From assembly GCA_965249725.1 (NCBI GenBank), contig CBDFMQ010000002.1, forward strand, positions 1,824,001-1,888,000: a DNA stretch of 64,000 nt, read 5' to 3'. This document shows, piece by piece, positions 47,955-57,131 of this stretch (position 1 is its first letter; each line of letters opens with the position of its first letter). The translations under genes were made by a program, and so were the position numbers. This DNA comes from Longimicrobiales bacterium (GTDB lineage Bacteria; Gemmatimonadota; Gemmatimonadetes; Longimicrobiales; Gaopeijiaceae). The notes beneath the pieces were generated by a model. The model searched no databases. It saw only the letters and a program-made list of their open reading frames with translations, and had not been told where the DNA came from.

Positions 47955-48347
47955 GGCGAGGACCGCTCCCAGACCACCCTGGAGTCTCACCGCGGCGAGG
48001 TCGTGATCCTGAACTTCTGGGCGAGCTGGTGCGGCCCGTGTCGGCGCGAGATGCCGCTGTTGGATGCCTTCTCGAAGGAACTAGAGGGTCGCGGGGCCGT
48101 CGTGATCGGCCTCAATGAAGACCCAGACGCCGATGACGCCTTGTCGTTCATCGAGGAGATAGGCGGCGTGAGCTACGGCCATGCGCAGGGCGGCGGACGA
48201 CTCCGGTCCCGCTACAACTACCGCGGCCTACCGTATACGGTCGTGTTGGATCGTGACCTGAGAGTGATCCGTGGATTCTACGGGTTCGGGTCTTCCATCG
48301 ACCCGATCAAGCAGGCGGTGGAGCGGGAGTTGGCCGCCGGAGGCTAG
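47955..48347 (+). pseudogene. TlpA/ResA-like thiol-disulfide oxidoreductase, 5'-truncated and in frame with tkt
   Basis: [27 protein letters not shown]...[10 protein letters not shown]; homology extends upstream of GTG 48003; no signal or TM segment and no clear RBS. Confidence 0.65.
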
Positions 48348-49129
48348 TCTTCGAGCGAGGAGGCTCTCGCCAACTCCATGAGGCGATCCGGCGCCACCTC
48401 ACCGACCAGGGCCTGCTCGATCTGAGGTGTGGCCCAGGTGATCACCGACGGTCCAGGGGCACCGCTCGCAGCGAACTGAGACGAAAAGGCCGGTGCCCGC
48501 GGCGATGTTCCCGACTTGGGAACGACGTAGTGTGAGATCTCCCGGCCGTCCTCCACGTAGCTGATCATGGCTCCCCGCCGCCCGTCCAACAGGCAGATCT
48601 CAGCTCCCGCGAGCCGCAGCCCCTCGACCTGCATGGGCGTGACCGAGAGTCCCAACTCGCGGGTCAGGAAGCGGCTGATCTCGTTGGCGTCGGAGGTGAC
48701 GATGCGATCCTCTCCTACGGCCCGTCGCAGATAGTCCTCTACGAACAGCCCAGCCTCTTCCTGCGGAGCCGCACGCTCCATGAACGTGCTCCCCAACCCG
48801 ACGACGAACAGCGCGGCGATCGACGAGGCGGCGGCGAGGGCCCACCGCTTTCGGTTACCACCCCAGCGAGTGGGAAGAACAGCATCCGGCACGCCGAGGC
48901 CCCGTGCCCGTTCGCGGGCGAGAGAGTCGAATACGCGTTCGCGTACCACCCGCGGCGTCTTCTCGCGACTCGCCCGGTCATACACATCGAGCAGCCGCCG
49001 GTCTTGGTCGAAGTAGTCCCGGCAGGCCTGGCAGACCTCGACGTGCTGCCGTGCATCCAGGACGGGTGTACCGGCCAGACGCGGTTTTTCGGGTGGCCAG
49101 AGGGCGTGTCTGGCTTCAGTGCAGTCCAT
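48344..49129 (-). CDS. Zinc-finger (zf-HC2/ZAS) transmembrane anti-sigma factor
   Basis: MDCTEAR...HVEVCQAC (HxxxCxxC), one TM, extracytoplasmic domain; directly downstream of the sigma-like gene. Confidence 0.8.
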   Translation of the reverse strand: MDCTEARHALWPPEKPRLAGTPVLDARQHVEVCQACRDYFDQDRRLLDVYDRASREKTPRVVRERVFDSLARERARGLGVPDAVLPTRWGGNRKRWALAAASSIAALFVVGLGSTFMERAAPQEEAGLFVEDYLRRAVGEDRIVTSDANEISRFLTRELGLSVTPMQVEGLRLAGAEICLLDGRRGAMISYVEDGREISHYVVPKSGTSPRAPAFSSQFAASGAPGPSVITWATPQIEQALVGEVAPDRLMELARASSLED

Positions 49130-49137
49130 GCTTCCCA

Positions 49138-49647
49138 CTACATCAAATCTCCGTTGGTACCGTCCCGCTCCTTCGGCCCGCGAAGGACCGCGGAGACGAG
49201 CAGGTGTCGGTAGCGAAGGAGGTCCTTCAAGGCATCCAACTCGATACCGAGGAGCGACGAGGCCTCGGAGTACTTCCATCTTCGGAGCAGCACCAGCCAA
49301 AGCGCCGCACGCGCCTGTGGAGGAACGCTCCCCGCCGCGGTGTACAGCGCGAGGGGATCCACCTTCACCCCTCCCCCGAGCGACGGAGCAGGCAGGGCCA
49401 CTTCTTCGATCGCGTGATCGGATCCGGCTTCGGGGATCGCGGACAGGTACCCCTGTACCAATCGGCCTTCGAGCCACTGCGCGGCGTCGGTCCCGTCCTC
49501 CACCCTGCGGAACGCGTGGAACGAGTTGGTCAACGTGCTCAGCAGAAGGTCCTCCGCAGCCTGATCCTCGCCGGCCTTGAGAAAGAGCGCCCCTTGGTAG
49601 AGGCGGTCGATCTCCTGACTGGCAAGCTCTTCGAAGGTCCTGTGCAT
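49138..49647 (-). CDS. Degenerate ECF sigma-70-like protein
   Basis: Sigma2-like FEELA...LY..AL...AAEDLL...GTDAAQWL; sigma4-like VPPQARAALWLVLLRRWKYSEASSLLGI. Confidence 0.7.
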   Translation of the reverse strand: MHRTFEELASQEIDRLYQGALFLKAGEDQAAEDLLLSTLTNSFHAFRRVEDGTDAAQWLEGRLVQGYLSAIPEAGSDHAIEEVALPAPSLGGGVKVDPLALYTAAGSVPPQARAALWLVLLRRWKYSEASSLLGIELDALKDLLRYRHLLVSAVLRGPKERDGTNGDLM

Positions 49648-49828
49648 CGGCTCTTTCCCAATAGAACGGCGGAGCCCTTTGCTCTGCCCTCACATGGAAT
49701 ACATCCGACTCGGAAAAGGTTCACGATAAGCGCAACGACCCGACCGTACCCCCAGTCGGAGATCCTTGCGCGGCCCCGCCCGGGCGGGCAACCGTTCAGG
49801 GAACGAGCCACCCCAGAACGGACTATGC

Positions 49829-50599
49829 GTGCCGCACATCGCCGAGGATGATCCCCGATTTCCGCCGAATCTGGCGCCCGACGAGCTCCGTCGTGCCACG
49901 CTCTCGGCCACCGGCACGATCCGGGAGACAGGCGAAGAATTCCCTTATGTGGTCCGGTTCTTGGACCCCAATGACATCGAGCAACTGCTGGTGCTGCACC
50001 ACGAGGTGCTCGACAGCATGCCCGAGCCGCTGCTTCTCTACGAACGGGACCACGACTTCTACCATCGGTGCCTGACCGAGGCAGGTGGGATCGTGGCCGC
50101 GTTCCGTGACGAAGCAATGATCGGCTACGCGACGCTCTTCACACCCGGCCCGGAGGAAGAGAACTACGGCGTCTTCCTCGATCTGAACGACGAGGACCTG
50201 ACGCACGTCGGCCACCTCGCCGGATCCGCGGTCCATCCGTACTACCGCGGAAGCCGGATCCAGCGGATCCTGGTCGAGCTGCGTGGCCTGTACGCTCACC
50301 GGACCGGATTCCACCATCTCTGCGGAGAGGTCTTGCCCGGCAACACGGTCAGCATCGTGAATCACCTGGCCGAGGGGTACTTCTTGGCCGGCTTCCGCAT
50401 CGACAAGTACGGCCTGCCCTGCTTCATCCTGCACAAGGACATGCGCCGCCAGCCCGCCCTGGCCGAGGAAGAGGGGATCGAGGAGCTGCCTCTACTCGAC
50501 TTCGACGGCTACCAGGCGATGATGCGGGAGGGACGATGGGGGTTCGAGGTGGTGAACCAAGAGGGCGAATGGCATATTCGCTTCGGTTTCTTCCGGTAG
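49829..50599 (+). CDS. GNAT-family N-acetyltransferase-like protein
   Basis: Acetyl-CoA-binding motif AVHPYYRGSRIQ; VLPGNTVSI...EGY; start approximate. Confidence 0.75.
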   Translation: MPHIAEDDPRFPPNLAPDELRRATLSATGTIRETGEEFPYVVRFLDPNDIEQLLVLHHEVLDSMPEPLLLYERDHDFYHRCLTEAGGIVAAFRDEAMIGYATLFTPGPEEENYGVFLDLNDEDLTHVGHLAGSAVHPYYRGSRIQRILVELRGLYAHRTGFHHLCGEVLPGNTVSIVNHLAEGYFLAGFRIDKYGLPCFILHKDMRRQPALAEEEGIEELPLLDFDGYQAMMREGRWGFEVVNQEGEWHIRFGFFR

Positions 50600-50642
50600 G
50601 CCCACCCTAGCCACGCGACTCTAGACAGCCCAGGTCTTACGA

Positions 50643-53600
50643 GTGGACCGATTCCTCAGGATCCTCAACCTACAGGCCGAAGAAACCGGTATTGCCGGGG
50701 GTCTGTTCTTCTACTCGTTCGTTCTGGGCCTCGCACGGGTTTTCGTCCTCACGGCGTCCCAGGCCATCTTCCTGGAGAACTATCCCGCCTCGGACTTGGC
50801 CTTCGTCTATATGCTGGCGTCCGTGGCGACCATGGCGACCAGCGGGGCATACCTCTACCTGGGCCGCCGGCTGACGCTTCGGCCCCAGATTCTCACCAAC
50901 CTCTTCTTCGCGCTGGCCGTTACGGTGGCCCTGCGCGTCCTCCTCGGCGTGCCCGGCCTTCGTTGGCCCGCCATGGCCCTGGCCGTCTGGTTCCATGTGA
51001 TCTTCGCCCTGACCAGCGTCGCCTTCTGGAGCGTCGCCACTCAGGTCGTCGACATCCGCCAGGGCAAGCGACTCTTCCCACTGGTGACCACGGGCGACGT
51101 GCTCGCGTTCTCGGTGGGTGGCCTCTTCATTCTCCAGGTGGTGGGGACCATCGGTGCGCCCAACCTGCTCCTCATCGGTGCGGCCGGGCTCGTGCTGGCG
51201 GCTTTCTCGTTCGTAGGGCTCTCTCGGATCCGCCCGGAGCGCTTCCGCGGGGGAGGGCGTCCGGCGGAGGGCGCTCGGGCGCCCGAACGGGTGAGCTGGG
51301 GGAGCCCCTATCTCGTCATGATGATGGGGTACTTCATCTTGAGCGCCGTCGTGTTCGTGTTCCTCGACAACGCCTTCAACGATGTGGCCCAGCAGAGGTA
51401 TAGCGACGCCGCTCAGCTGGCTCGCTTCTTCGGCACCTACTCCGCCGTGGCGGCCATCGTGAACTTCATGTTCCGCACCTTCGGAGCCGGACGGATGATC
51501 CAGAAGTACGGCCTCATCGCCGGGCTGATCGGGCTCCCCACAGTGGTGCTGTTCGGCTCCACGCTCGTGGCGGGCGCGGGGTACCTCCTGCCCGCCATCG
51601 GCTTGGTCTTCTGGCTGACGACCATGACACGCCTCTTGGACAAGGTCTTCCGTGGGGTGCAGGTGTCGTCCATCGCCACCCTCTACCAACCGCTCATGGA
51701 GAGAGGGCCGGCCATTCAGACCACGATGGACGGCATCATCGATTCGGCCGCCATCGGGGTCGCCGGCGTGGTGCTGCTGGTCCTGCACAGCTTCTTCGAT
51801 ATCGGAGCCCCGGAACTGGCCATCTTCCTGATGGTGTTCTGCGGAATCTGGCTCGTGGTGGCCCTGGGCCTGCGTCGGGAGTACGTCACCATCCTCGGCA
51901 CCGTTCTCCATCGCCGTCGCATCAAGGGCGAAGCCCTGCAGATCGTCGACGACAACGTGCTCGCGCTGGTCCAGGAGGAGATCACCAGCTCCCATCCGGA
52001 GAACGTGTTGTATGCGGTCGATCTCTTGGAAGAGGCCGAGCATCCGGATCTCCCGAAGGTGCTCACCGATCTCCTAGATCACGAGTCGGAGGATGTTCAG
52101 CGGGAGATTCTGAGGCGGATCCAGGCCCACGGCGTCGGCGAGGCGCTCGGTGCGGTCAAGAAGATCGTGGACAACCCCGGCGTGTCCGAAGCGCTTCGAG
52201 GGGAGGCCATCCGCGTGCTCGGCAGCATGAGCGAGGAAATCGATCCGGCCGTCATGGAGGCGCTTCGCGAAGGCGCCCCCGACGAGAAGCGAGGTGCCTT
52301 GGTGGGTCTGCTGAGGTCGGGCTCGATCGAGGGGGTGGTCTACGCCGGTGCGGAGCTGCTGGAGGAGCTGAACTCACACTCTCCGATGAACCGCGTGTTC
52401 GCCGCCGACGTGCTTCGCGACGCGGCTATCCCGAGCTTCTATCGACAAGCCATTCAGCTCCTCAACGACCCGAGCCCCCAGGTGCGGGCGGCGGCCGTGG
52501 AAGCCGCCGCGGCCATGGCTCACCCGCCGCTCTGGCCCATGGTGGTGGATGCGCTCAGAGATCCCGATCTGTCGGCTTCGGCCTCCGAAGCCCTCATCGG
52601 CGCCGGAGAGGCCGCCGTTCCGAGTCTGATGAGGGGCTTCGAGCGGCACGAGCAGGACTGTCACTTCCGACTCCTGACCCTGCGGATTCTCGGACTGATC
52701 CGGGGGGAGGAAGTCATCCGGCACGTGTTCCTGCTGATCAACCTCGAGCATCGGGAGGAGCGGCATGCGGCCTTCGCGGCCCTCGTGAGTTGCGGCTTCC
52801 GGCCCGGGAATGAGCAGGAGGATCTGCTCATGAAACGACTCAGGGACGAGACGAGAGACGCGGCAGAGCTCTTCATGGCCGCCGAGAACCTCGACGGGCC
52901 CGCCGAAGCCCGTGTGCTTCAGGACGCACTGGCCGAAGAGATCGAGCAGGTACGTCATCGCATCTTCTTGCTCATATCCCTGCTGTATCCCGAAGCCGAC
53001 ACCATGACCACCTGGGACAACTACAGCAGTGGCATCAGCGAGCGCCACGCCTACTCTCTCGAGGTCTTGGAGAACATCGTCAGCAACGACGAGAGAGCGT
53101 GGCTCTTTCCCGTGCTCGAGGATCTGGGAACCGCCGACCGGCTCGAGCGGCTCGGCCGGGAATGGCGCGTGGCGCCCCAGGGGTTCACGGCTCAGTTGGA
53201 GAGCATTTTGGAGGCGCAGGTGCTCAGCGACTGGACGCTACTGTGCGCGAGGCAACTCGGGTCGGCGATGAATGTTGCCGGGGTCACCCTGTCGGAGGAG
53301 GACACGACGAGTTTCGAGAGGACTCTCCGCCTCCGCTCCGTCGACCTGTTCACGGGCTTGTCGGACCACGCGCTCGCCGCCCTGGCGGCCCGCCTGGAAG
53401 AGGTGAGCCTGGGCGAGGGCGAACCCGTCTTCTCGAAGGGAGACGTCGGGGACTCGATGTACCTGGTCACCGACGGCCGTGTGCGCATTCACGATGGGCC
53501 GACCCAACTCGCCGAGGTGGGAGAGGATTCCGTCTTCGGAGAGTTCACGGTGCTCCACTCCGGACCCCGAACCGCCTCGGTCACCGCGTGCGTGCCCACG

Positions 53601-53729
53601 CGCATGCTGCGCTTCACTCAGGGTGATCTGTACGCGTTGATCGCCGATCAGGTCTCGGTGGCCCGAGCGCTGATTCGTATGATCGTCCAGCGGCTGCACG
53701 AGAACGTCGAGACGCGATCGAACGTCTAG
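50643..53729 (+). CDS. Npt1/TLC-like MFS transporter fused to HEAT repeats and a C-terminal cNMP-binding domain
   Basis: About 12 TMs with FWSVATQVVDIRQGKRLFPL; HEAT-like LLNDPSPQVRAAAVEA; cNMP cassette FGEFTVLHSGPRTASV. Confidence 0.88.
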   Translation: MDRFLRILNLQAEETGIAGGLFFYSFVLGLARVFVLTASQAIFLENYPASDLAFVYMLASVATMATSGAYLYLGRRLTLRPQILTNLFFALAVTVALRVLLGVPGLRWPAMALAVWFHVIFALTSVAFWSVATQVVDIRQGKRLFPLVTTGDVLAFSVGGLFILQVVGTIGAPNLLLIGAAGLVLAAFSFVGLSRIRPERFRGGGRPAEGARAPERVSWGSPYLVMMMGYFILSAVVFVFLDNAFNDVAQQRYSDAAQLARFFGTYSAVAAIVNFMFRTFGAGRMIQKYGLIAGLIGLPTVVLFGSTLVAGAGYLLPAIGLVFWLTTMTRLLDKVFRGVQVSSIATLYQPLMERGPAIQTTMDGIIDSAAIGVAGVVLLVLHSFFDIGAPELAIFLMVFCGIWLVVALGLRREYVTILGTVLHRRRIKGEALQIVDDNVLALVQEEITSSHPENVLYAVDLLEEAEHPDLPKVLTDLLDHESEDVQREILRRIQAHGVGEALGAVKKIVDNPGVSEALRGEAIRVLGSMSEEIDPAVMEALREGAPDEKRGALVGLLRSGSIEGVVYAGAELLEELNSHSPMNRVFAADVLRDAAIPSFYRQAIQLLNDPSPQVRAAAVEAAAAMAHPPLWPMVVDALRDPDLSASASEALIGAGEAAVPSLMRGFERHEQDCHFRLLTLRILGLIRGEEVIRHVFLLINLEHREERHAAFAALVSCGFRPGNEQEDLLMKRLRDETRDAAELFMAAENLDGPAEARVLQDALAEEIEQVRHRIFLLISLLYPEADTMTTWDNYSSGISERHAYSLEVLENIVSNDERAWLFPVLEDLGTADRLERLGREWRVAPQGFTAQLESILEAQVLSDWTLLCARQLGSAMNVAGVTLSEEDTTSFERTLRLRSVDLFTGLSDHALAALAARLEEVSLGEGEPVFSKGDVGDSMYLVTDGRVRIHDGPTQLAEVGEDSVFGEFTVLHSGPRTASVTACVPTRMLRFTQGDLYALIADQVSVARALIRMIVQRLHENVETRSNV

Positions 53730-53759
53730 GGGCCCCAATGGGTGACGCCAGCGGGTGGC

Positions 53760-54151
53760 CTAGTGGAGCCGGTCCACCAGCACCTTGATGATTCCGCGCG
53801 ATATGCCGGTTGTCCCGCCATCACTTCGTAGAGCACGTCTTGATCGAGGCGGAGCAGCCGGCTCTCCTCCACCGCCGTGGCGGACGTCGAGCGGGCCTCT
53901 GCGGTCAGAACGGTCACCTCTCCGAACACGCTGTCACACCCCAACAACTCGATCTCCAGATCCCCGTCGTGGATGCGGATCTGGCCGTCCACCACGACGT
54001 ACATCGCTTTGCCGATGTCCCCCTTCTCGAAGATCGTCTCCCCTTCGCCCACGTAGATCTCGTCCAGGTGGTTCGCGAAGCTCGCGAGGACGTCCGAGGG
54101 AAGTCCCTTGAACAGGTCGGTCCGCTTGAGGATGAAGACGCGCTCGATCAT
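53760..54151 (-). pseudogene. Stand-alone cNMP-binding domain protein with a 1-nt frameshift near the 3' end
   Basis: ATG 54151 (ATGA overlap with nhaC-like stop); MIERVFILKRTDLF...FGEVTVLTAEARSTSA; the paralog-like tail GISRGIIKVLVDRLH* lies in another frame after about 53807. Confidence 0.75.
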
Positions 54152-55575
54152 TCCCCGATAGTACCCTCCCCCCCCGACCTCCCGAAACCCGTCGTGATGG
54201 CGATGAGGAGCATCACCATCAGCCCCCAGGAGTGGAAATTGAGGAGGCCAACGGTGAGGGGAGGCACGCGCGGAAGACCGAACGCCGCACCCGAGGCTGT
54301 CGTGCTCGCGGCGAGAATTACGGGAATGAAGAAGGGGAACAGGAACGGATACGTGCACACCGCCATGTCGAGCAGGTTGGCGCGGCGGTAGGGTGACACC
54401 CCTGCAGACTCTCCCACCTCCCGTGTGATCTCTCCCACGCTGAGGATGGCGACCACCGAATGGGTCGTGAGGACGACGGCACCCGAGATGGCCCCGAAGA
54501 TCCACCACTCGGCCCGCTGGGGCGTGGGCGTCCGGTCTCGTAGACGCTCCACCCAGTCCTCCACCACGCCACTCTCTTCCACGCCGGAAACCACGCCCAT
54601 GAGGAGCACCGTGAAGATGGAGACGCCGACACCGCGCTCCATCCCTTCGAGGATCACGCCCCGTGCGATGAAGGCGTCGGCATCGATGTAAAGGAGCGTT
54701 CCCAGATCGATGGCGCCGCTCGCCAACCCCGCGACGACCCCCATGCCGATGCCGGCCAGGAGGCTCTCGACCAGATGCCGTTGCTTGAGGAGCATCGCGA
54801 TGGAGGCCGCGGGCGCCGCCAACATCCAGATGCCCCGGAGCCCAAACGACTCGCCCGGACTGACGGAGGCCCCGCCGGTCGGCTCCGCGGCACCGAGCAG
54901 TCCGTACAGCACCAGAGCGAACGCCCCCGCCGGCAGCGCGTATCTCATGCGACTCCGGACCACGCCGCCGATGTCGGCCTGTTGGGTGGACGCCGAGGCG
55001 ATGGTCGTGTCGGACACGGGTGAGATGTTGTCGCCGAAGGTGGCTCCGGCCAGAATGGCCCCGATGAGCATGGCCGGATCCGCCTGAAGCGACGCCGCCG
55101 CCGGATAGAGCAGCGGAGACGCCAGGATCACCGTCCCGAGACTCGTTCCGGTGGCCGTCGACACGAGTGCACAGATCAGGAAGGCGACGCCCACGAATCC
55201 ACCGCCTCTGACTCCGGCCGACGACGCCAGAGCGACCAGGCTCTGCACGAACCCTCCGGCACTGACCAGCGAGCCCAGGACCCCGGCCAGAATCCAGGCG
55301 AACACCATGAGCATGACGATGGGTCGGCTCATACCCCGGATGACCGCCTCGGAGTAGGCGCGGGAGTCCCGAGCCAGGAACGTGCCTAGCGCGATGGCGG
55401 CCAGGAGGACGGGCCAGAAGCCGCGCTCGTCGGGCGCACCCGAGAGACCGAGCCACGCTACGCCGGCCAAGAAGAGCGCCAACGGGGCGAGCGCGCCCAG
55501 GGTCCCCAGCCGGAAGTAGAGGCGCGGGGCGCGCGAGCCAGGGTCGGTCGGGGAGCGCGCGTCTGGTACCGTCAT
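54148..55575 (-). CDS. NhaC-family Na+/H+ antiporter or amino acid transporter
   Basis: STATGTSLGT, GAILAGATFGDNISPVSDTTIAS, RRANLLD. Confidence 0.9.
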   Translation of the reverse strand: MTVPDARSPTDPGSRAPRLYFRLGTLGALAPLALFLAGVAWLGLSGAPDERGFWPVLLAAIALGTFLARDSRAYSEAVIRGMSRPIVMLMVFAWILAGVLGSLVSAGGFVQSLVALASSAGVRGGGFVGVAFLICALVSTATGTSLGTVILASPLLYPAAASLQADPAMLIGAILAGATFGDNISPVSDTTIASASTQQADIGGVVRSRMRYALPAGAFALVLYGLLGAAEPTGGASVSPGESFGLRGIWMLAAPAASIAMLLKQRHLVESLLAGIGMGVVAGLASGAIDLGTLLYIDADAFIARGVILEGMERGVGVSIFTVLLMGVVSGVEESGVVEDWVERLRDRTPTPQRAEWWIFGAISGAVVLTTHSVVAILSVGEITREVGESAGVSPYRRANLLDMAVCTYPFLFPFFIPVILAASTTASGAAFGLPRVPPLTVGLLNFHSWGLMVMLLIAITTGFGRSGGEGTIGE

Positions 55576-55702
55576 GCTTGCCGTACCGACCTTCCACTGG
55601 ATGTTGTAGAGTGACGTCGTGACCCGGGGCCCACCGTAGCACCGGCCTTGGCCAGTCTAGTGCGCTGAAAAGCTCGGAGCCACCGAGAGTGAGAGAGGAT
55701 AT

Positions 55703-56062
55703 GTGACCGACGCATCCGAAGAGTTCACCCTGTACGACCTGAGGGTGGAGGTCGTAGAAGGCCCGGCAGAGATGGTCTGCGACCATAAGGTCGGGGACTA
55801 CTTCGAGCTCTCGGGGGAGAACCTGACGTTCCCTCCGGGCCAGACGTTCCCGCTCTATCCTCTCGCGGCGCTGCTCCCGCTCCTGCCCGCGAAGCAGAGG
55901 GAGACACACCCCAACGACTGGATGACCACGGACAGCGAGGTGGCCTGCCCCGATCCGTACTGCGGCGCTCGGTTCAGGATCACACGAGTGGGGCGCACCA
56001 CATTTCGCCACTCCGACGTGACGGTAGTGCCGCTGGACGGCGGCCCGGTGCCGGACGCCTAG
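55703..56062 (+). CDS. TIGR04076-family protein
   Basis: GAGG RBS; FTLYDLRVEV...C...GDYF, LPAKQR...NDWMTTD...CPDP.CG. Confidence 0.8.
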   Translation: MTDASEEFTLYDLRVEVVEGPAEMVCDHKVGDYFELSGENLTFPPGQTFPLYPLAALLPLLPAKQRETHPNDWMTTDSEVACPDPYCGARFRITRVGRTTFRHSDVTVVPLDGGPVPDA

Positions 56063-56073
56063 AGGGCCCCTAC

Positions 56074-57129
56074 GTGAGCGTCGCAACCGCACAATTCGCC
56101 GATGGCCGTTCGGTTCCCCGTATCGTCACCGGAGCGTGGCAGCTCTCCACCGGACACCAGGCACCGCGCTCCCGGGCCGACATCTTCGAGGCGCTCTCGA
56201 AGACGGTGGACGCGGGCATCACCGCGTTCGACTGCGGAGACAGCTACACCGGAGTCGAGGAGCTGCTCGGCGATTTTCTGCTCGAGTACCGAGAACGTGA
56301 AGGCTCTGTGGCGTCGGATCGCATAAGGATCCACACCAAGCTGGTGCCAGATCTGGAGGACCTCGCGACCCTCGACCGGGCATATGTCGCCCGCATCGTG
56401 GACCGCTCGCTCCGCCGCCTCGGCGTGGAGCGGCTGGACCTGGTCCAGTTCGCCTGGTGGTCGTACGAAGTGGACCGATGGGTCGAGACCGCAGGCTGGC
56501 TCGACGAGCTCCGCGTGGCCGGGAAGATCGACCAGATCGGAGGCACGAACTTCGATCGCCCCTCCCTGCAAGCCATCGTCGACGCCGGAATCCCGATCCG
56601 CGCCCACCAGGTTCAGTATTCAGCCCTCGATCACCGGCCAGAGGGTGGAATGGCCGAGTACTGCGAGACGAACGGGATCGGACTCCTGTGCTACGGAACG
56701 CTGGCGGGAGGCTTCCTCTCGGATCGGTATCTCGATACGCCCGATCCCGCGGAGGCCGCCGCCAACCGCTCCCTGGTGAAGTACCGCCTGATGATCGACG
56801 AGTATGGCGGCTGGGAATCGTATCAGGCACTCTTGGCGGTGATGAACCGGATCGCCCGGAGGCACGGGGTCACCATCGCTCAAGTGGCCCTTCGCTACGT
56901 CCTGGACCGCCCCGGCGTCACCTCCGCGATCGTCGGGGTGAGCAAGGCAGAGCGAGTGTCCGAGATCGTGAGGGTCTTCGACCTCGTCCTCGGCGACGAA
57001 GAACGGGAGGCCATTCACTCTCTCGGGCGATCGGCTCCGGGACCGAAAGGCCCGGTCTATGGATTGGAGCGGGTGAAGGGCGGGCGGCATGCATCCATCA
57101 TGAAGTACGGATTGAATCGAGAAGGCTGA
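56074..57129 (+). CDS. Aldo/keto reductase
   Basis: GAWQLS, FDCGDSYTGVEE, IHTK, SLRRLGVERLDLVQ, YGTLAGGFLS. Confidence 0.92.
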   Translation: MSVATAQFADGRSVPRIVTGAWQLSTGHQAPRSRADIFEALSKTVDAGITAFDCGDSYTGVEELLGDFLLEYREREGSVASDRIRIHTKLVPDLEDLATLDRAYVARIVDRSLRRLGVERLDLVQFAWWSYEVDRWVETAGWLDELRVAGKIDQIGGTNFDRPSLQAIVDAGIPIRAHQVQYSALDHRPEGGMAEYCETNGIGLLCYGTLAGGFLSDRYLDTPDPAEAAANRSLVKYRLMIDEYGGWESYQALLAVMNRIARRHGVTIAQVALRYVLDRPGVTSAIVGVSKAERVSEIVRVFDLVLGDEEREAIHSLGRSAPGPKGPVYGLERVKGGRHASIMKYGLNREG

Positions 57130-57131
57130 GC

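Noticed and set aside
50597..50642. Three spaced TAG-initiated segments after the GNAT stop as another decayed junction array
   Set aside because: Spacing is irregular and identity too low to support.
53726..56092. 788-aa minus-strand ORF as one protein
   Set aside because: Mostly an alternate-frame shadow of the nhaC-like and TIGR04076 genes; only the last ~140 codons, from ATG 54151, are the real cNMP gene.
56457..57131. N-terminal extension of the FHA-protease ORF (and similar extensions at 49130-49693, 19786-20064, 3190-3498, 61553-62110)
   Set aside because: They overlap neighbouring real genes and are Arg/Pro-rich non-coding-like translations; internal starts fit better.
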